Source: Gnetum montanum
Taxonomy: Eukaryota > Plantae > Gnetophyta
Direction of reading: 5' to 3'
Length of the DNA: 64,000 nucleotides
NCBI GenBank assembly: GCA_015680685.1
Contig: MNCI01001360.1
Coordinates: 202,240 to 266,239, forward strand
Under the pieces are notes generated by a model. It was given only the letters and a program-made list of their open reading frames with translations. It ran no database searches and was not told the origin of the DNA. Below are positions 1 through 14,039 of the stretch, piece by piece. Numbering within the stretch: position 1 is the first letter of the stretch; the number at the start of each line of letters is the position of its first letter. The position numbers were made by a program, and so were the translations under genes.

Positions 1-332
1 CTCAAGACTTACTTTCAATTTCTCACCTTTCATTATGGCTTTAGAAGATACTTGTTTCTCAAGTCGTAAGACTTGAGTTTGAGCCTGAGCCTGGGTGCAG
101 AGAGTTGAAAGACACCCATAAAAGGTTTACATTTTTTTAAAACAACAAACACCATACAAAAAAAAAATTTCAAGACTCACAACTCTCAATACAGCTATAA
201 AAGTGGAAAGAAAGTAGAATGAAAGAACCTCAAACATTCTGGATATGTGCTATCACTAGTTTCAGGTTTTCAACACATTGAGTGAACATTTTACAGAGCA
301 TACATTTTTCAAAGCACACATTCTTCTGCAAA

Positions 333-625
333 TGTTAATGGGTGCTTTCTAGATGGTTCTATGGGGTCCATTTTAATTTATACGTGTTTCTCTTGAATGT
401 CCTACATTGTTAAGATCCTAGAGAAGGATAACTCCTAGATGTTTCTAGATTATATTTTGTAACATGACTTTCCCAATTTAAGGGTTGAACCTTGGTCTTT
501 GTGTATAAACACCTCATGTGGATCCAATGAGTAATAAGAGTTAGGCTTCTCCTGTAGAAGTTTCCCTCTGTTCTTGATGATTTTACCTTGTAAATCTTGT
601 GTTTCTTATTTGTTGTTTTGCATCA
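333..625 (+). mobile_element. Probable solo or partial LTR fragment
   Basis: Begins TGTTAATG and ends TTTTGCATCA, with repeated CTAGA motifs and a TATAAA, resembling the Gypsy LTRs elsewhere in the window. No TSD or PBS found. Confidence 0.3.
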
Positions 626-1664
626 ACCATTGTTCTAGTCCCAATTTTAGTTTTGCATTTTGTTTATTATTTTTAAAATTCTTCTAACATCTTATCTTTG
701 TATTCTCCATCACACATTGTCCTTTCTCTGTCCATGTGCATTTTTGTGCTATTTTCCTCCAACAATTGGCAATCTCAAGATCAACTGCAGCAATCTAGGA
801 GCAGTCAGCTACATTATTTCCACAATCAATATTCACAACAGTCGCAATCATCAATCCTACACATGATGACAAAGTCTATTAACTAGTTATCAACATGCAT
901 CACTGACATTGAATGTGGCATCAAATGGATTGAACAAGCAATTAATGCATGTGACGACACATCATTTGAGAAAGCTATTGCCAAAAGCGTGGTACAATAG
1001 CAGCTGAAAGAAAATAAATCTGAACAAGAATACTGCATGTATTTCCCAAAGATTGTTCATGAATGGCATCAGTTCATGACAATTGGAGTTAACACTCCAT
1101 TCTTTCGAAAATCTTTTGTTGTGTATGTCAACATATTGTATTCACAAGTTCCGAAATGAAGTAAAAATGAATATTTTTACGTGCAAATAATGTTTCCAAT
1201 TTCTTGAGTTCAGTACTAACCTTCATACTTTGGCCTTGGGAACCCTATAAAACCCAATCAAGCCTTCATTTCTCCCAAATAATCACAGTGATCTTTACCT
1301 ATGCCAACAGCAAGTCACCGTGTTCAGGGTCTCCTTAAACTCCTTTTTGGTGTTCAAGGAGCACCAACCTTCCATTTCAGCGGTCTATAGTAGTTGTAAA
1401 ATTCATCCCTTGTCATTCGCAAGGGCTTTCTTTTGAAATTCCAAGCATCATGGGAAATAGGTTGAGAAATCAAGAGAAGGTTGTTCTGGAGAAAGGAGGA
1501 CCGAGTAGAAACAAGAAGAAAATAAGTGGCATAAGGAATCTTCCCTTAGATCCTTCATGGGTCCATGATTTATCAGCTCAACCTGTTGGTGTCTTTTAAA
1601 GTTAACCAAAAAGAGCAAGGTAATTCTTGTTAAGTGATGTTGTGATTATCAACCTCAACGTGTA

Positions 1665-1938
1665 TGTTATTAAAAAGGAGCTATAGTTTATATGAAGATA
1701 TGATTAGTTGGTTATCTTGTTAAAGGGTGTGTGTCTATCAAAGAAAATACACATAAAACGGATGTATAACCGGTACAGTTTATATCAAGATATGATTAGT
1801 TAGTTATCTTGTTAAAGGATGTGTGTCTATTAAAGAAAATACACATAAAAAGGATGTATAACCGCTACAGTTTATATGAAGATATGATTGGTTAGTTATC
1901 TTGTTAAAGGGTGTGTGTCTATTAAAGAAAATACACAT
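1665..1938 (+). repeat. 92-bp tandem repeat x3 in the 5' LTR
   Basis: The unit TATGAAGATATGATTAGTT...GTGTGTCTAT..AAGAAAATACACATA recurs at 1691, 1783 and 1875; the 3' LTR carries only about one copy. Confidence 0.9.
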
Positions 1939-2386
1939 ACTCAATAAAAGTGACTGTACATTACATACGTAGACTCAATACACAAGAAACACATCACAAC
2001 TGTTAGTTACAAATTACAGTGTTACTATTACTATTATGCTCTGCTGTTCCAACCTAACTGTTTCAGATTCGTATTCAGTACACTGTATTTTAATGAGTTC
2101 CTGACTTTACATTGTGTCTGTATAGACACAACTGTAGGTACTTTTCATTCACGATACTTGATCATTATAAGACTTAATTGTTCATTTGGATGAAGCAACC
2201 ATGGATTACCTTACGGTTATATATCTGTAGTTTGTTCATCCATTACAATTGTGACATTCTACTTAAAAGACTTGGCTTGTTTACTTCTTGTGACCTGCAA
2301 ATTCCAACATGTTATCAGAGCATAGTAGGTTTCACGTCCTAAAGCAGCAGATGAGGTCTTGTTATTTTTCCAATAAGCTTCACTCT

Positions 2387-5300
2387 TCCTACTAGAGCAG
2401 GTTCACTCTAATAATTAATTCAACGCACTAAATCCAGATATTATGCAAAGACAACTTTTTGCTAGACAACAAGAAAATTAGCTATCTTCAATTAATTTAA
2501 TTAGAAGATTACAACAGGGTTCACACAACCCACAAACATCCAAAATCCTATCACTCAACCAATATTGCAGAGCATGAGGCTCTCAACCACACAATGGCTG
2601 TTCTCAATGCAAGACACAACCAATAGAAATCTCTCCCACAACGCTGAGACTGAGATCTCAACTCACAAGTGAGATACAAAAAAATAGAACACATAGACCA
2701 ACACACCACAAGCTGATCTTGGAGCTGCAATCACCAATTGAACTCACCCAATGTACTCACTCAATCGCTCTTGCTCAGCTCTCTACTCTCAAGAGCGTTT
2801 TCTCTCACTCTCCTACATAGATACACTCTCTTCTCTCATGGATGGATACATACATAATTATAGAGATCCAAAACCCTATGAAGCTTTCTATTTGCCTTCC
2901 TAGATGTTTCCCACAAGGATCTAAAGTTTTTTGGATGTTTCCCAATTGAAACACCACATTGGAGCTTTTTCCTTTGCCATCTCAGACATCTCTAGCTTTG
3001 TTGGGATGTCTACTATGAAAACCCAACTCTTGGGTGAGATGTCTACTGTTTTTGGTAGATGTCTCATCTAGTCCTGAGATGTCTACACTTCCAGACGTCT
3101 AACTTTTTGGTGAGACGTCTAACCTGTAAATGCCAAAAATAAAAATGCTCGTTTTGATGCCTAGAACCTCCGAATGTCTCCAAACAAGTCCCCATAGATC
3201 CTAGAATCCCCTAGACTCATCAAAATGAGTCCAAAATAACTTAAAACATGCCAAAACATCTAAGAATCATCATCAACAAAATCAACACAAGAAGACACAA
3301 AAACAAAACACACTCATCCAAGTCTTCTTCAAGCATGAAACCTACAAAAACAACTTGTAGGACAAAGCACAAGGGAATCAAAAGACGTGTTCCTACACCA
3401 GCTCTCCCATCCTTCAAAAAGTGATCTCATGTGAACAAGGGAGTAAGGGTTGAAGTGATCCCCCACTCAACAAGCTTGGTCTCATGGATCCATATAACAT
3501 CACCAGCAAATCGATCCTCCCAATGGATCAAGTATTCATGCCTCTTGACTCCCGGAGTGCCAGAAGCTTTCCTTCGCTTGAGTACGACTACCTTCCTCTC
3601 CACCAAAGACTTGGACTAATCAATAGCCCCCTTCAACTCATCGATGCTACCTTGTATGGCCTCCTCATTGATTGGTCCATGATAGTGCACAAGATCTGAA
3701 ACATTATGACACAAAACACATATCAACATCGTTTGGTAAATCAATCTCAAAACCATTATCATTAATTTTAGCCTTGATTTTGAAAGGCCCCATCTTCATA
3801 GCCTTCAATTTGAACAAGTTAACACCTCTTAATTGCTTCTTCTTCAAGTGCACCCAAACCAAGTCACCAACAGCAAAATTAGGCTTCCACTTGCCCTCAT
3901 TCCTCTTGAGGACTCTCTCTTTAAGCTTCTTCTCAAGATTTAGTTTTACTTATGCATGGAGATCCCTCATCTCTTGCACAAAATCAACACTAAGTTAAGC
4001 TTTACCATCAAAGCTCTTCAAAGTGTCCACATCTTTGGACAAAACCCATAATTCACCTCAAATGGGCTTTTGTCAATAGCAACATGAAAAGCATTATTAT
4101 ACGAGAATTCAGCATGAGACAAGTTTTCCCACTTGTTTGGCTGTCCATCACATAAACATCTCAATATGTTCAGCAAGGATTTGTTCATCACCTCCGTTTG
4201 GCCATCAAATTATGGATGATATGCACTAGAAAACTTCAACTTTGTCCTAAAATCTTCAAAGGGGACCTCTAAAAATGACTTGTGAACTTGGAGTCTTTGT
4301 CACTAACAATATTCAAAGGAATACCATGCAACTTCACAACATGCTAGAAAAATAAATTTGCAACATGAGAAGCATCACTCACCTTCTTGCATGGAATAAA
4401 ATGTGCCATCTTAAAGAACTTATCCACAACAACAAAAATTGCATCATTCCCACTCTTGGTCTTTGGAATACCACTCACAAAGCCCATTGATACACTTTCC
4501 CGTGGACCTTTGGGAATTGGCAAAGGCATATAGTGTCCATCCACACCTTTACCTCTTTTGAACTTCTAACATGTCAAGCACTTTTTCACAAATTTCAAAA
4601 CTTCTATTGCCATACCAAGTCAAGAATAGTGCCTACCCACAAGTTCCAATGTTTTATCCCTACCCATGTAACCTGCCATGCCACTACAATGCTTTTCAAA
4701 CAGAATCTTTTTCCTAAAATCACAATTAGAAACACATACCTTGCAATTATTGAATAACAGTTCATCTTGAATATAATAGTCCCTCTATTGGTCTATCCTA
4801 TTCATCAACGACTCTTTGAAGCTCCTCCAAACCTACCCAAAATCAATATCATGCTCTTACAAAGAAGCAAAATCACTCATACCTTCCACATGAGGTACGC
4901 TGAAATTCACCGCATGCACCCTGGATAATGCATCAAGCACCACATTGGCTTTCCCACTTTTGTGCTTCAACACAAACTTGAGCTCCTGTAACTGTGCAAC
5001 CCACTTCATGTGCTTTGCACTCAACTTCTTTTGGGAGGATAGAAATTGAAGTGCTTTGTGGTCCATCATCAAAGTGAATTCCTTAAGCAACAAGTAATGC
5101 CTCCAATGCTTGATTACTTGAAGAATAGCATACAACTCCTCATATACACTATATTTTTGCCTTGACTCATTCAAATTTTCAGAAAAAAAAAAGCAACATG
5201 CCTACCTTCTTGTGAAAGTACCCCACCAACGGCAAGTCCACTTGCATCTACCTCCACCTGAAAAAGCTTCTAAAAAATGGGAATTGCAAGCACCAGTTCA

Positions 5301-8300
5301 CTCATCATCTTTGCTTTCAACAAGTCAAAGTTCCCTAGTTTCATTATCCCACCTAAATTCTTTATTTTTCTTCAACAAAGCAAACATAGGCCATGAAATA
5401 CCACTAACATTTTTTATGAACCATTTATAAAAACCTGCTGAACAAAGGAATGATCTTACCTCCCCAACATTCTTAGGAGATGGCCAATCCCTTATAGCCT
5501 TCACCTTGGTAGCTTTCATCCAAATCTGGTTTTTAGAAACCACATGACCCAAATATGTGATTTCCCTCTTGAAGAAATGACTTTTCTTCATGTTGATCAC
5601 CAATTGTGCCTCCTCCAACTTAAGGAACACCATCCTCAAGTGATCCAAGTGCTCTTCCTCATTAGAGCTATACACCAAAATATCGTCAAAAAAGACAATA
5701 TGGCACTTACAAATCAAGTCTTTCAATACATCATGCATCAACCTCATGAATGTGGCAGGTGCATTCCTAAACCCAAATGGCATCACCAACCACTCAAACA
5801 ATCCATACAGTGTTTCAAAAGATGTCTTCCACCCATCACCAGGCCTAATTTTGATCTGATGGTAACCATTCTTCAAATCAATTTTGCTAAAAATCTCTAC
5901 ATTGGAATGGACATCAAGGCTATCATTCATCCTTGGAATAGGAAAACTGTACCTCACTGTTATGCTATTCACTACCCTAGAATCAATGTACATCCTCCAT
6001 TCATAGTTGTCCTTCTTTGGCACTAGCATTGCTAGAACTCACAACGTGACATGACTTTGCAATTCAGCCCTCTGATTTGGTGCCATCCAATAAGCTCTCT
6101 TGTTTGGAATGGTAACACCAAGAATGAAGTCAATCTGATGTTGTACATTCCTCATCGGTGGTAGTCCATCCAATTCCCCCTTAAACACCTTGGGAAATTT
6201 CTCCTTCAAGCCGAGCATACCTATGGGAAGTTCAACTTGCACATCATGGTTAGTAACAATTGTTGTCATAACAACAAAACCAAAACCGGTTTAATTGTGT
6301 TCCTTAATATATTCCCTCTCTCTTAGAAGGATTAAGGAAGCATTAAGTGAGCTTTGCTACCTCACTTGTTCAGCTGTCATAGGAATCAAATCATGGATTC
6401 CATCAAGTCTAACAACACTCCACACATTTTTTGCTCCATCAAACTAAGCACCATTGTCAAAATTCCAAGATCCACCAAGAATTACATCAGCACAATATAT
6501 TGGAAGCACATCACATTTCACAACATCATGAAAACTTCCAATTTTAAATTTCAAGGTACATTTTTCCCTCACCTATTGGGAAAAATCTTTAGACAACCAA
6601 TGCACCTTATAGGGTCTTAGATGAGGATTAGTTACCAAACCCAATCTAGCAACTACCCTAGAAGAAATAACATTTTCTTGGGCTCCCCCATTAATCAAAA
6701 CATGAATTCATTTCCCACTAAGCAAATAACTAGCCCCAATCCGAAACAACAATTTCCTATCAAGATGATCTCCTCTATTGACATTTCCCATGAATGCACA
6801 TGAATTTAATTTAGAAACATCCTCTATCTTTGGAGCATTAGAGATACCTCTCTAAAGAGCTTGGCTTGATGTCTCCTCCACCTCCATGATTTGCACATCT
6901 TTGCCCTTGGCTGCCTTGTAAAGCAGGCATTCCCATTGCTTATGTCCACATTCTCCACATTTGAAGCAATATAGTTTTGATGAGCTGCTACCTTGACCCT
7001 TGCCTCCCTTGCCTTGGTCCTTGTTGGCTTTACCCTTCTCATCAACTCTTTTAGTCTTCTTGTCTTGGCTGCCCTCCTTGTCTTCAGATTTATACTTGGA
7101 TCCTTTATCAGATCTAGATCCCTTCTCCTTCCCCTTTGAGGTTTGTTTGCTCCTATTTCCGAATCCACCTAATTTCTTCTCAGCTTTAAGTGCCAAATCA
7201 TAAGCCTTATCAAGAGTTTGTGGCTCCTAAAAGGACAACTCTTGTTGGTACGCCATTTTGAGACCTCCTAAAAAGATTGAAGTGTGCTCATACTCCTCCC
7301 AATTTACCTTAGCTTGATGGAATAGATTACAAAACTCGATGTAGAATTCTTTGACATCCTTGTCACCTTGCCTTAGGAATTTCAACTTCATAATGGTTTC
7401 TTGTCTTTGATGAGACTATTCAAATTTCCTTTTTAACTTGTATTTCATCATATCCTAATATCTGATAGGTTGACCATTTCATCTTTCATAACCTTGGGAC
7501 TCCTTTTCCCACCAAGTAGAAGCCATACCTTCTAATCTAGATTCAGCAATAGGTACCCTCAAGTTATTCGATACCTCTTCCAACAGAAAATGCTTCTCAA
7601 GTGCCTTCAGCCAACTTGCAAAAGCATTGGTGCCATCTACACCATTGAAAGTCTTCACCTCTACATATGGTAGTCTTGAAGCATTTCTGAACGCTCTAGC
7701 AAGTCTTGCCTCATCTTCGTCATCAAGCTTGCTTGAAGAAGTATTGAACACCATTGGAGCCCTTGGAGTTCTCATTTGAGGAATAGGATTCCCTCCCATT
7801 GGAATCCTTGGCTGATGGTTTCCTACACTCTCATAGTTGGATTGACCTTCCTCTTCATCCACTCCATCTCCACTTGGTTATGAAACTTCTTCATCTAGAT
7901 GTACATGCTCTTCACCTCTGTGTGTCGGAATATGGCTAGGACTGACATGTCTGTCCACCTTTGCATTGATTTCATCCAATCGAGCAACCATCATCTAAAA
8001 GGCAAACTTCATGCTCTCCATGTCCCAATTCAGAGCTTGCACCTATCTCTTCTTGGGTGCCATCTAAAATTGACAAAATCCTCAACCAAAATCCAAGCAA
8101 CAATAAAACTAGGCTCCGATACCAATAACGCTAGAGCAGGTTCACTCCAATAATTAAATCACATTCAATGCACTAAATCCAAATATTATGCAAAGACAAA
8201 ATTATTCGCTAGAAAACAAGAAAACTAGCTATCTTCAATTAATTTATTAGAAGATTACAACAAGATTCACAAAACCCACAAGCATCCAAAACCTATCACA

Positions 8301-9099
8301 CTCAACTGATATTGTAGAGCACGAGGCTCTACAACCACACAATGGCTATTCTCAATGCAAGCCACAACCAATAGAAATCTCTCCCACAATGTTGGGATTG
8401 AGATCTCAACTCACAAACCAATACACCACAAGCTGATCTTGGAGCTGCAATTACCAATTGCACTCACCCAATGTGCTCACCCAATCTCTCTTACTTAGCT
8501 CTCCACTCTCAAGAGTGTTTTCTCTCACTCTCCTGCATGGAGGCACTCTCCTCACTCATGAACGGATACATAATTATAGAGATCCAAAATCCTAGGAAGC
8601 TTTCTATTGCCTTCCTAGATGTTTCTCACAAGGATCTAGAGTCTTTCAAATGTTTCCCAATCGAAATGTCATGTTAGAGCTTTTTCCTTCACCATCTTAC
8701 ACATCTCTAGCTTTGTTGGGACATCTACTGTGAAAACCTAGCTCTCAGGTGAGACATCTACTATGTTTGATAGACATCTCATCTAATCCTGAGACATCTA
8801 CACTTCTGGTGAGACGTCTATCCTATAAGTGCCAAAAATAAAAATGTTCATTTTGATGTGTGGAACCTCCAGATGCGTCCAAACAAGTCCCCATAGACCC
8901 TAGAACCCCCTAAACTCATCAAAATGAGTCCAAAACACCTCGAAACATGCCAAAACATCCAAGAATCATCATCAACAAAATCAACACAAGAAGACACATA
9001 AAAACAGGACACACTCGTCCAGGTCTTCTTCAAGCACAAAACCTACAAAAACAACTTGTAGGACAAAAGTACAAAGGAATCGGAAAAGGTGTTCCTATA
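2387..9099 (-). mobile_element. Ty3/Gypsy LTR retrotransposon, full structure, decayed
   Basis: LTRs at ~2387-3397 and ~8126-9099. Met PBS (plus strand GGCTCCGATACCA, ~8112-8124). PPT (plus strand CTCTCCCATCCTTC) next to 3397. Domain order gag-PR-RT-RH-IN. TSD not clearly preserved. Confidence 0.93.
3560..7862 (-). pseudogene. Gypsy gag-pol, disrupted
   Basis: Zinc knuckle CFKCGECGHKQWEC; RT motifs FSKIDLKNGYHQIKI, VMPFGFRNAPATF and FFDDILVYS; RNase H ELYAILQVIKHWRHYL and DHKAL; integrase [15 protein letters not shown]. Multiple stops and frameshifts. Confidence 0.93.
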
Positions 9100-9755
9100 C
9101 ATTTTGCATTTTGTCTATGTATATATACATTATGCATCAAGTTGAGTTTGAGACAATCAAAACCATCTTAAGGACCAGCGATCATACAGTCCTAGATGTC
9201 CTCTACACCACCATGATTAGTGGTTTAGAGATATAAAGCACAAAAAAGTAAGCAGATATTAAAATAAGATGAACCATCACAATTCCTCAAAAGACCTGGT
9301 CAGATACTATGGATGTGCTTATTAGCAACAATGCCCATGACCTAATTATGCATCACCATGCTCTAGAAAATAAGTTCTTGGAATATGAAGCCACAATTGA
9401 GCTCTTTAACTCTACTATCAAGAAGGATATTCCATATAAATACATCTACAATTCTTCAAGCTGGGTGGATTTAATAAATTGCAGCAATAAAATTTTGAAG
9501 TCCAAGATCATGTGATGGTAGAGTTATAGAAACTGTTCTCAAAGTCACTGTCATCTCTTCAAACAATAAAATACTTCTCTTGTTGATATATACATACTTT
9601 TATCCCACTCCTTATATGCATGGTATGTCAATAGAGAAAAACCTCCATAAGTTGCAATCCTCCCAATGTGACACATTAGCATGGCTGGATGAGTTAAATA
9701 AGAGGATCCAAGATTTAGAACTCCATAGTTCATCTAATAGTTGGGAGACGAGTGG

Positions 9756-11006
9756 ATGGACAAGGAACAGCAGGCAAGCGCCAAAGCGCAGCAATAGCAA
9801 GCAAGCACCAAAGCGCAGCAACAGCCGACGAACATAGGAGAGGAGAGTCCGACGAACGTAGGGGCTGATTTTTAGGCGAACACGGGGGCGGGCAAAGGCG
9901 ATGGGGAGAACTCGGTCTAGGCTACACAAGACCATAGGGTTGCGAGCGTTGGATGGGGGTATCGAGGCACAATCCTGGGCCGACCACACCCTGCACCTCT
10001 GAATCAACAAGCCCCCAACAAAGGGAGTCCGCACGATGCAACGAAGCCTCATTGGCTGTTTCGTTTCCAGGGGTGCTCGCCCGCAGATGGAGTTAATCCG
10101 TGAGTGGGTGCAAGAACACTGGAAGGTTGGCCAAGTGGAAGTCCAGAGTCTATCCAAGGATTTGCTTTTGTTCATCTTTCTATCCCAGTAGGCTAGGGAC
10201 TCGGTGTTGCTAGGGGGACCGTGGTTTTACGAGGCTCAAGGGCTAGCTTTAACTCTATGGCGCCTGGGGGCGCACCGCGAGATAGACCTGTTGACCAGGG
10301 CCCTAGTGTGGATGAGGATTTCCAGGATCCCATGGGAGATGTGAAACCTAGAGTTCCTGGAGAAGGTGGCAGGTTTCTTTGGGGAGTTCATTGCCTTTGA
10401 TAGCGTCACACACTCAATGGCACGAATGGGCTTCGCCCATTTCTGCGTTTGGCGAAGGCTATTAGATAAGGACCTCATCCAGGAAATCATTTTGGAGCTG
10501 CCAGGCAGGGAGGAATGCCTCCAGGTTGAGTTTGAGAACCTGGAGGTTGAGCTAGGCCTTGAACAAAAAACGAAGGCTCGAGAGGGCAAGGGAGAAGGAT
10601 CTGATTACTGTGGGAAACCCAGTCACCAGGAGGAGGATTGCCGATTTTGGAGGACACAGCCAATGCGACCAAGCCAAGCAGATGTTTGAGGATGGGGACT
10701 AGGTCACAATGGGCCGACTACACCCATCGCCAGACCAGCCGCCCCCCCAAAAAACCCCCAAACACCCCCNNNNNNNNNNNNNNNNNNNNNNNNNNNNNNN
10801 NNNNNNNNNNNNNNNNNNNNCCATTGGAGCAAGAACCCACACCCAAGGACTTGGGATGTTGCCCAATAGTGCGAGAGGGGGAGGGTCACCCCGAACGCCC
10901 AAGTGAGAACCGGTCCAAAGCTAGACAAGCTCAACGGAATATTGATTTGGGGTTACAGCAAACCCTCCGGGAGGTCTCCCGGCGCCGCTCATCCGAGCAT
11001 ACATGA
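9756..11006 (+). pseudogene. LINE ORF1 (DUF4283-like plus zinc knuckle), disrupted
   Basis: LLFIF...RDSVLLGGPWFY...LALTLW...VWMRISRIPW, then a decayed knuckle xDYCGKPSHQEEDC. Contains stops, frameshifts and an N gap. Confidence 0.85.
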
Positions 11007-14000
11007 AGATTTTCAACTAGAATTGTAGGGGACAGGGTACACCCTATAAAAGAAACACCCTACGTAGAATTGTCCAGGATGAAGAATGTGACATTGTTTA
11101 TCTCCAAGAAACCAAGTTGCAGGCGATGGAATCTCACCATCTCCTTTGGGATGGTTGGAAAACCCACATGCACCCCTGCATGGGTCAGGCAGGAGGTCTT
11201 GCTATCTTGGCTCGCTATGACATGATGCTGGTTGACACCTCACAATGGACCATGACCATCCATGTCCCCTCCCAAGGGATTTGGCTAACCAACTTCTATG
11301 GGGCGCAGAATTGGGAACAGAGGCTATAGGATATGGAATGCATGGTGATGCTGGTGCTAGACCACCGGGCCTAGCTAATCATTGGGGACTTCAACTAGCG
11401 CTTGCATTCGTGGGAAAAATCCAGTGGGGCCACCCCCCGAGCGCACGGGAATTTCAGGATTTCCTGACGGTCCACTAGCTAGTGGATCTGCCCATTGGGA
11501 ACTGCCAGTTCACCTGGAGCAACAGGAGGAAAGGCCCAGACCATGTCCTTTACCAAATTGATCGGGTCTGCATCAATTCCGACCTCCTCTAATTTGCCGC
11601 GCAGGTTACGGGACAGGAAAGGGTCGTTTCGGATCATCAATCCCTGGTTTGTTCGCTCGAGTTGGAAAGGTCCCGAACCCCACAACTGTTTCGCTTTGAG
11701 GCAACCTGGTTGTCTAAGCTGTGGTTGAGGCCATTAGTTGAGGACATTTGGGCGGATTACCGACTAGGCCAAGGAGACCCCAAGAACTTCCTTAAGGATG
11801 GTTTGCTTCGCCTGAAATGGGCCATCGGAGCCCTACCAATGGAGGACAAATTCTCTTTTAGGACGGGTCACAAGGTGCTCCGGGATAAACTTATTCAGAT
11901 CCAAACCAGACAGGAGGCTAGGGAGGACCTACATGAAGAAGAGCAGAACATTCTACAGCAACTTCAAGGCCTTGACCTAGAAGAGGAGACATACTGGAAA
12001 CAAAGGTCACAGGCCAGATGGCTCCGAAAAGGGGACAGGCAAACAAAATTTTTCTTTGTTGTCGCTAAGACACGAGGATGGGGCCAACCAAGTTGTTTAC
12101 ACACCCGGAATCGGGGGATTATTGATGACCCACAGAGCATCACTAGGGAGCTAACTCAATACTAGGAGAAGATCTGGGCCAAGCGACCCACCAAACCCAT
12201 TTCGGTCCCAATTGCACAGGTGCTAAACAAGGAAGACAGCACACGGTTGCTAACCCCGTTCTCTTGGCAGGAACTCGTCGCCACCATCAATGGCATGCCG
12301 AGAGGGAAGGCGCCTGGTCCAAATGGCTGGAGTCTTGAGTTCTTTCAGACCTTCATGGATATTGTGGGATCCAATATCTTGGACGCCTTCAACCTTATGC
12401 TGGCCTAAAGGAATGTTCGAAGGGAGATCAATTGCTCTTGAATTGTGTGCATCCCGAAGCAAACAGAGGCACACTGCCCAGAACACTTCTATCCTATCAG
12501 GGTCTGCAACGTTTTGATTTGGGTAATCTCCAAATTGATTGTGCATAGGCTTGCGCCACTCATGCCCAAGCTAGTGGGAGTTAATCAAGCAAGGTTTGTG
12601 CAAAGGCCGAACCTTGCAGGATCACGTTCTCCTCATGCAAGAGGTGTTCCACTCTCTTTGGACTATGGGTTTCCTTGGGCTCTGTCTCAAGCTCGATATT
12701 ACCAAGGCGTATGACACACTCAGTTGGGATGCCCCGGCTACCATTATGCAACGGAAGGGTTTTGACCAGGGTTTTATCCAGCTTTGCATCCACATGCAGT
12801 CATCCGCTGGCTTCTCCTTTGACGTGGGGGGGACGGCTGTGGGGCCTCTCCTCGCCTAGGAGGGAGTTACGGCAAGGGGACCCACTTTCGCCCATGTTGT
12901 TCATTATCGCTATGGACCTGATGCAACATTATTGTAGAATGTTGGGGGTTGATGGATTAGCCATTGCGAGGGTAGAATGTCGAGCTAAGCAATATGCGGA
13001 TGACACAATGTTGCTTAGTCGGGCGGGGGTCCCACAAGCACGGTGCATCAACATTGCACTTTCTCGATTAGCAGATGAGTTGGGATTGGAGATTAACAGG
13101 TCTAAATCCTCAGCTCATTTTATTACTGTGGATTATTAAAAACGGGTCATGCAAGTCCTAAACATTCCGCCCAAAACGGTCAAGGATACCTACTTGGGTA
13201 TCCCACTCTTCCAGTGGGGGTGGAGCATGTCTTGGGAGACATTGTTGGAGAAGGTTGAACGGAAGATGGGTCACTGGGCAAATCGTTTCCTAACTCAGAA
13301 GGGACGATTGGTTGTGGCATCGGGGATTCTCAAGGCGATTATCCAATTTGTGGCGGCAGTTGCCACCCCTCCGAACGCCATCATTAACAAGATCAACATG
13401 CAAATCTAGCGTTTCATCTAGAAGGGGGGCAAAGGGGGGAGGAAAAATCCACCTTGTGAGTTGGGAACAGGTTGCACGCCCCTGTAATGCGGGGGGGCTA
13501 GGCATCTCATCGTTCAAGGATGAGTTGATGCTAGGACAGCAATGCTCCGTTTCACACGCCCGCATGGGGAACTGGCCCAATGGATCCACGTTATGAATGT
13601 GAAATATCGTCGTTGGGAGGCAGGGATGCAGGATTCAAGACCCTGCAGATGCTCTGCCACCACACGCGTGTGATGCAGGCATAGGGGTGGTTGGGACTTG
13701 AACTGCGCCGACTGATGGTGGCCAGGTACCCGCAGGTGTTAGGCTAGCAACAAATTTGGATGGGGCAGCTCACCGAGAAGATCAAAATGCTCCTGTGGTT
13801 ATTGCAAAATGACGTGTTACCAGTTCGCACGCTTCTGCGTAGACACGACCTTAATGTGGACAACACCTACCCCCTGTGCAGCGCTACGCCAAAAACGGTT
13901 CAACATTTCATCGCCGATTGCACATACGTGCACGCCACGTGGCACTCAGTTGGTGTGACCCACCCCCAATGCGCCTCACCAACGACTCTCGAACCACGCT

Positions 14001-14039
14001 ACTTTTATGGGTAGCGTGGAAGACAAGAAACCGCACTAT
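11003..14039 (+). pseudogene. LINE ORF2 core: AP endonuclease, reverse transcriptase, zf-RVT
   Basis: MKIFN*NCRG, LQETK, GDFN, FRFEATW, WLRKGDRQTKFF, KAPGPNG, KLDITKAYD, LRQGDPLSPMLF, QYADD, YLGIPL, KIKMLLWLLQNDVLP and WVAWKTRN motifs. Confidence 0.92.
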
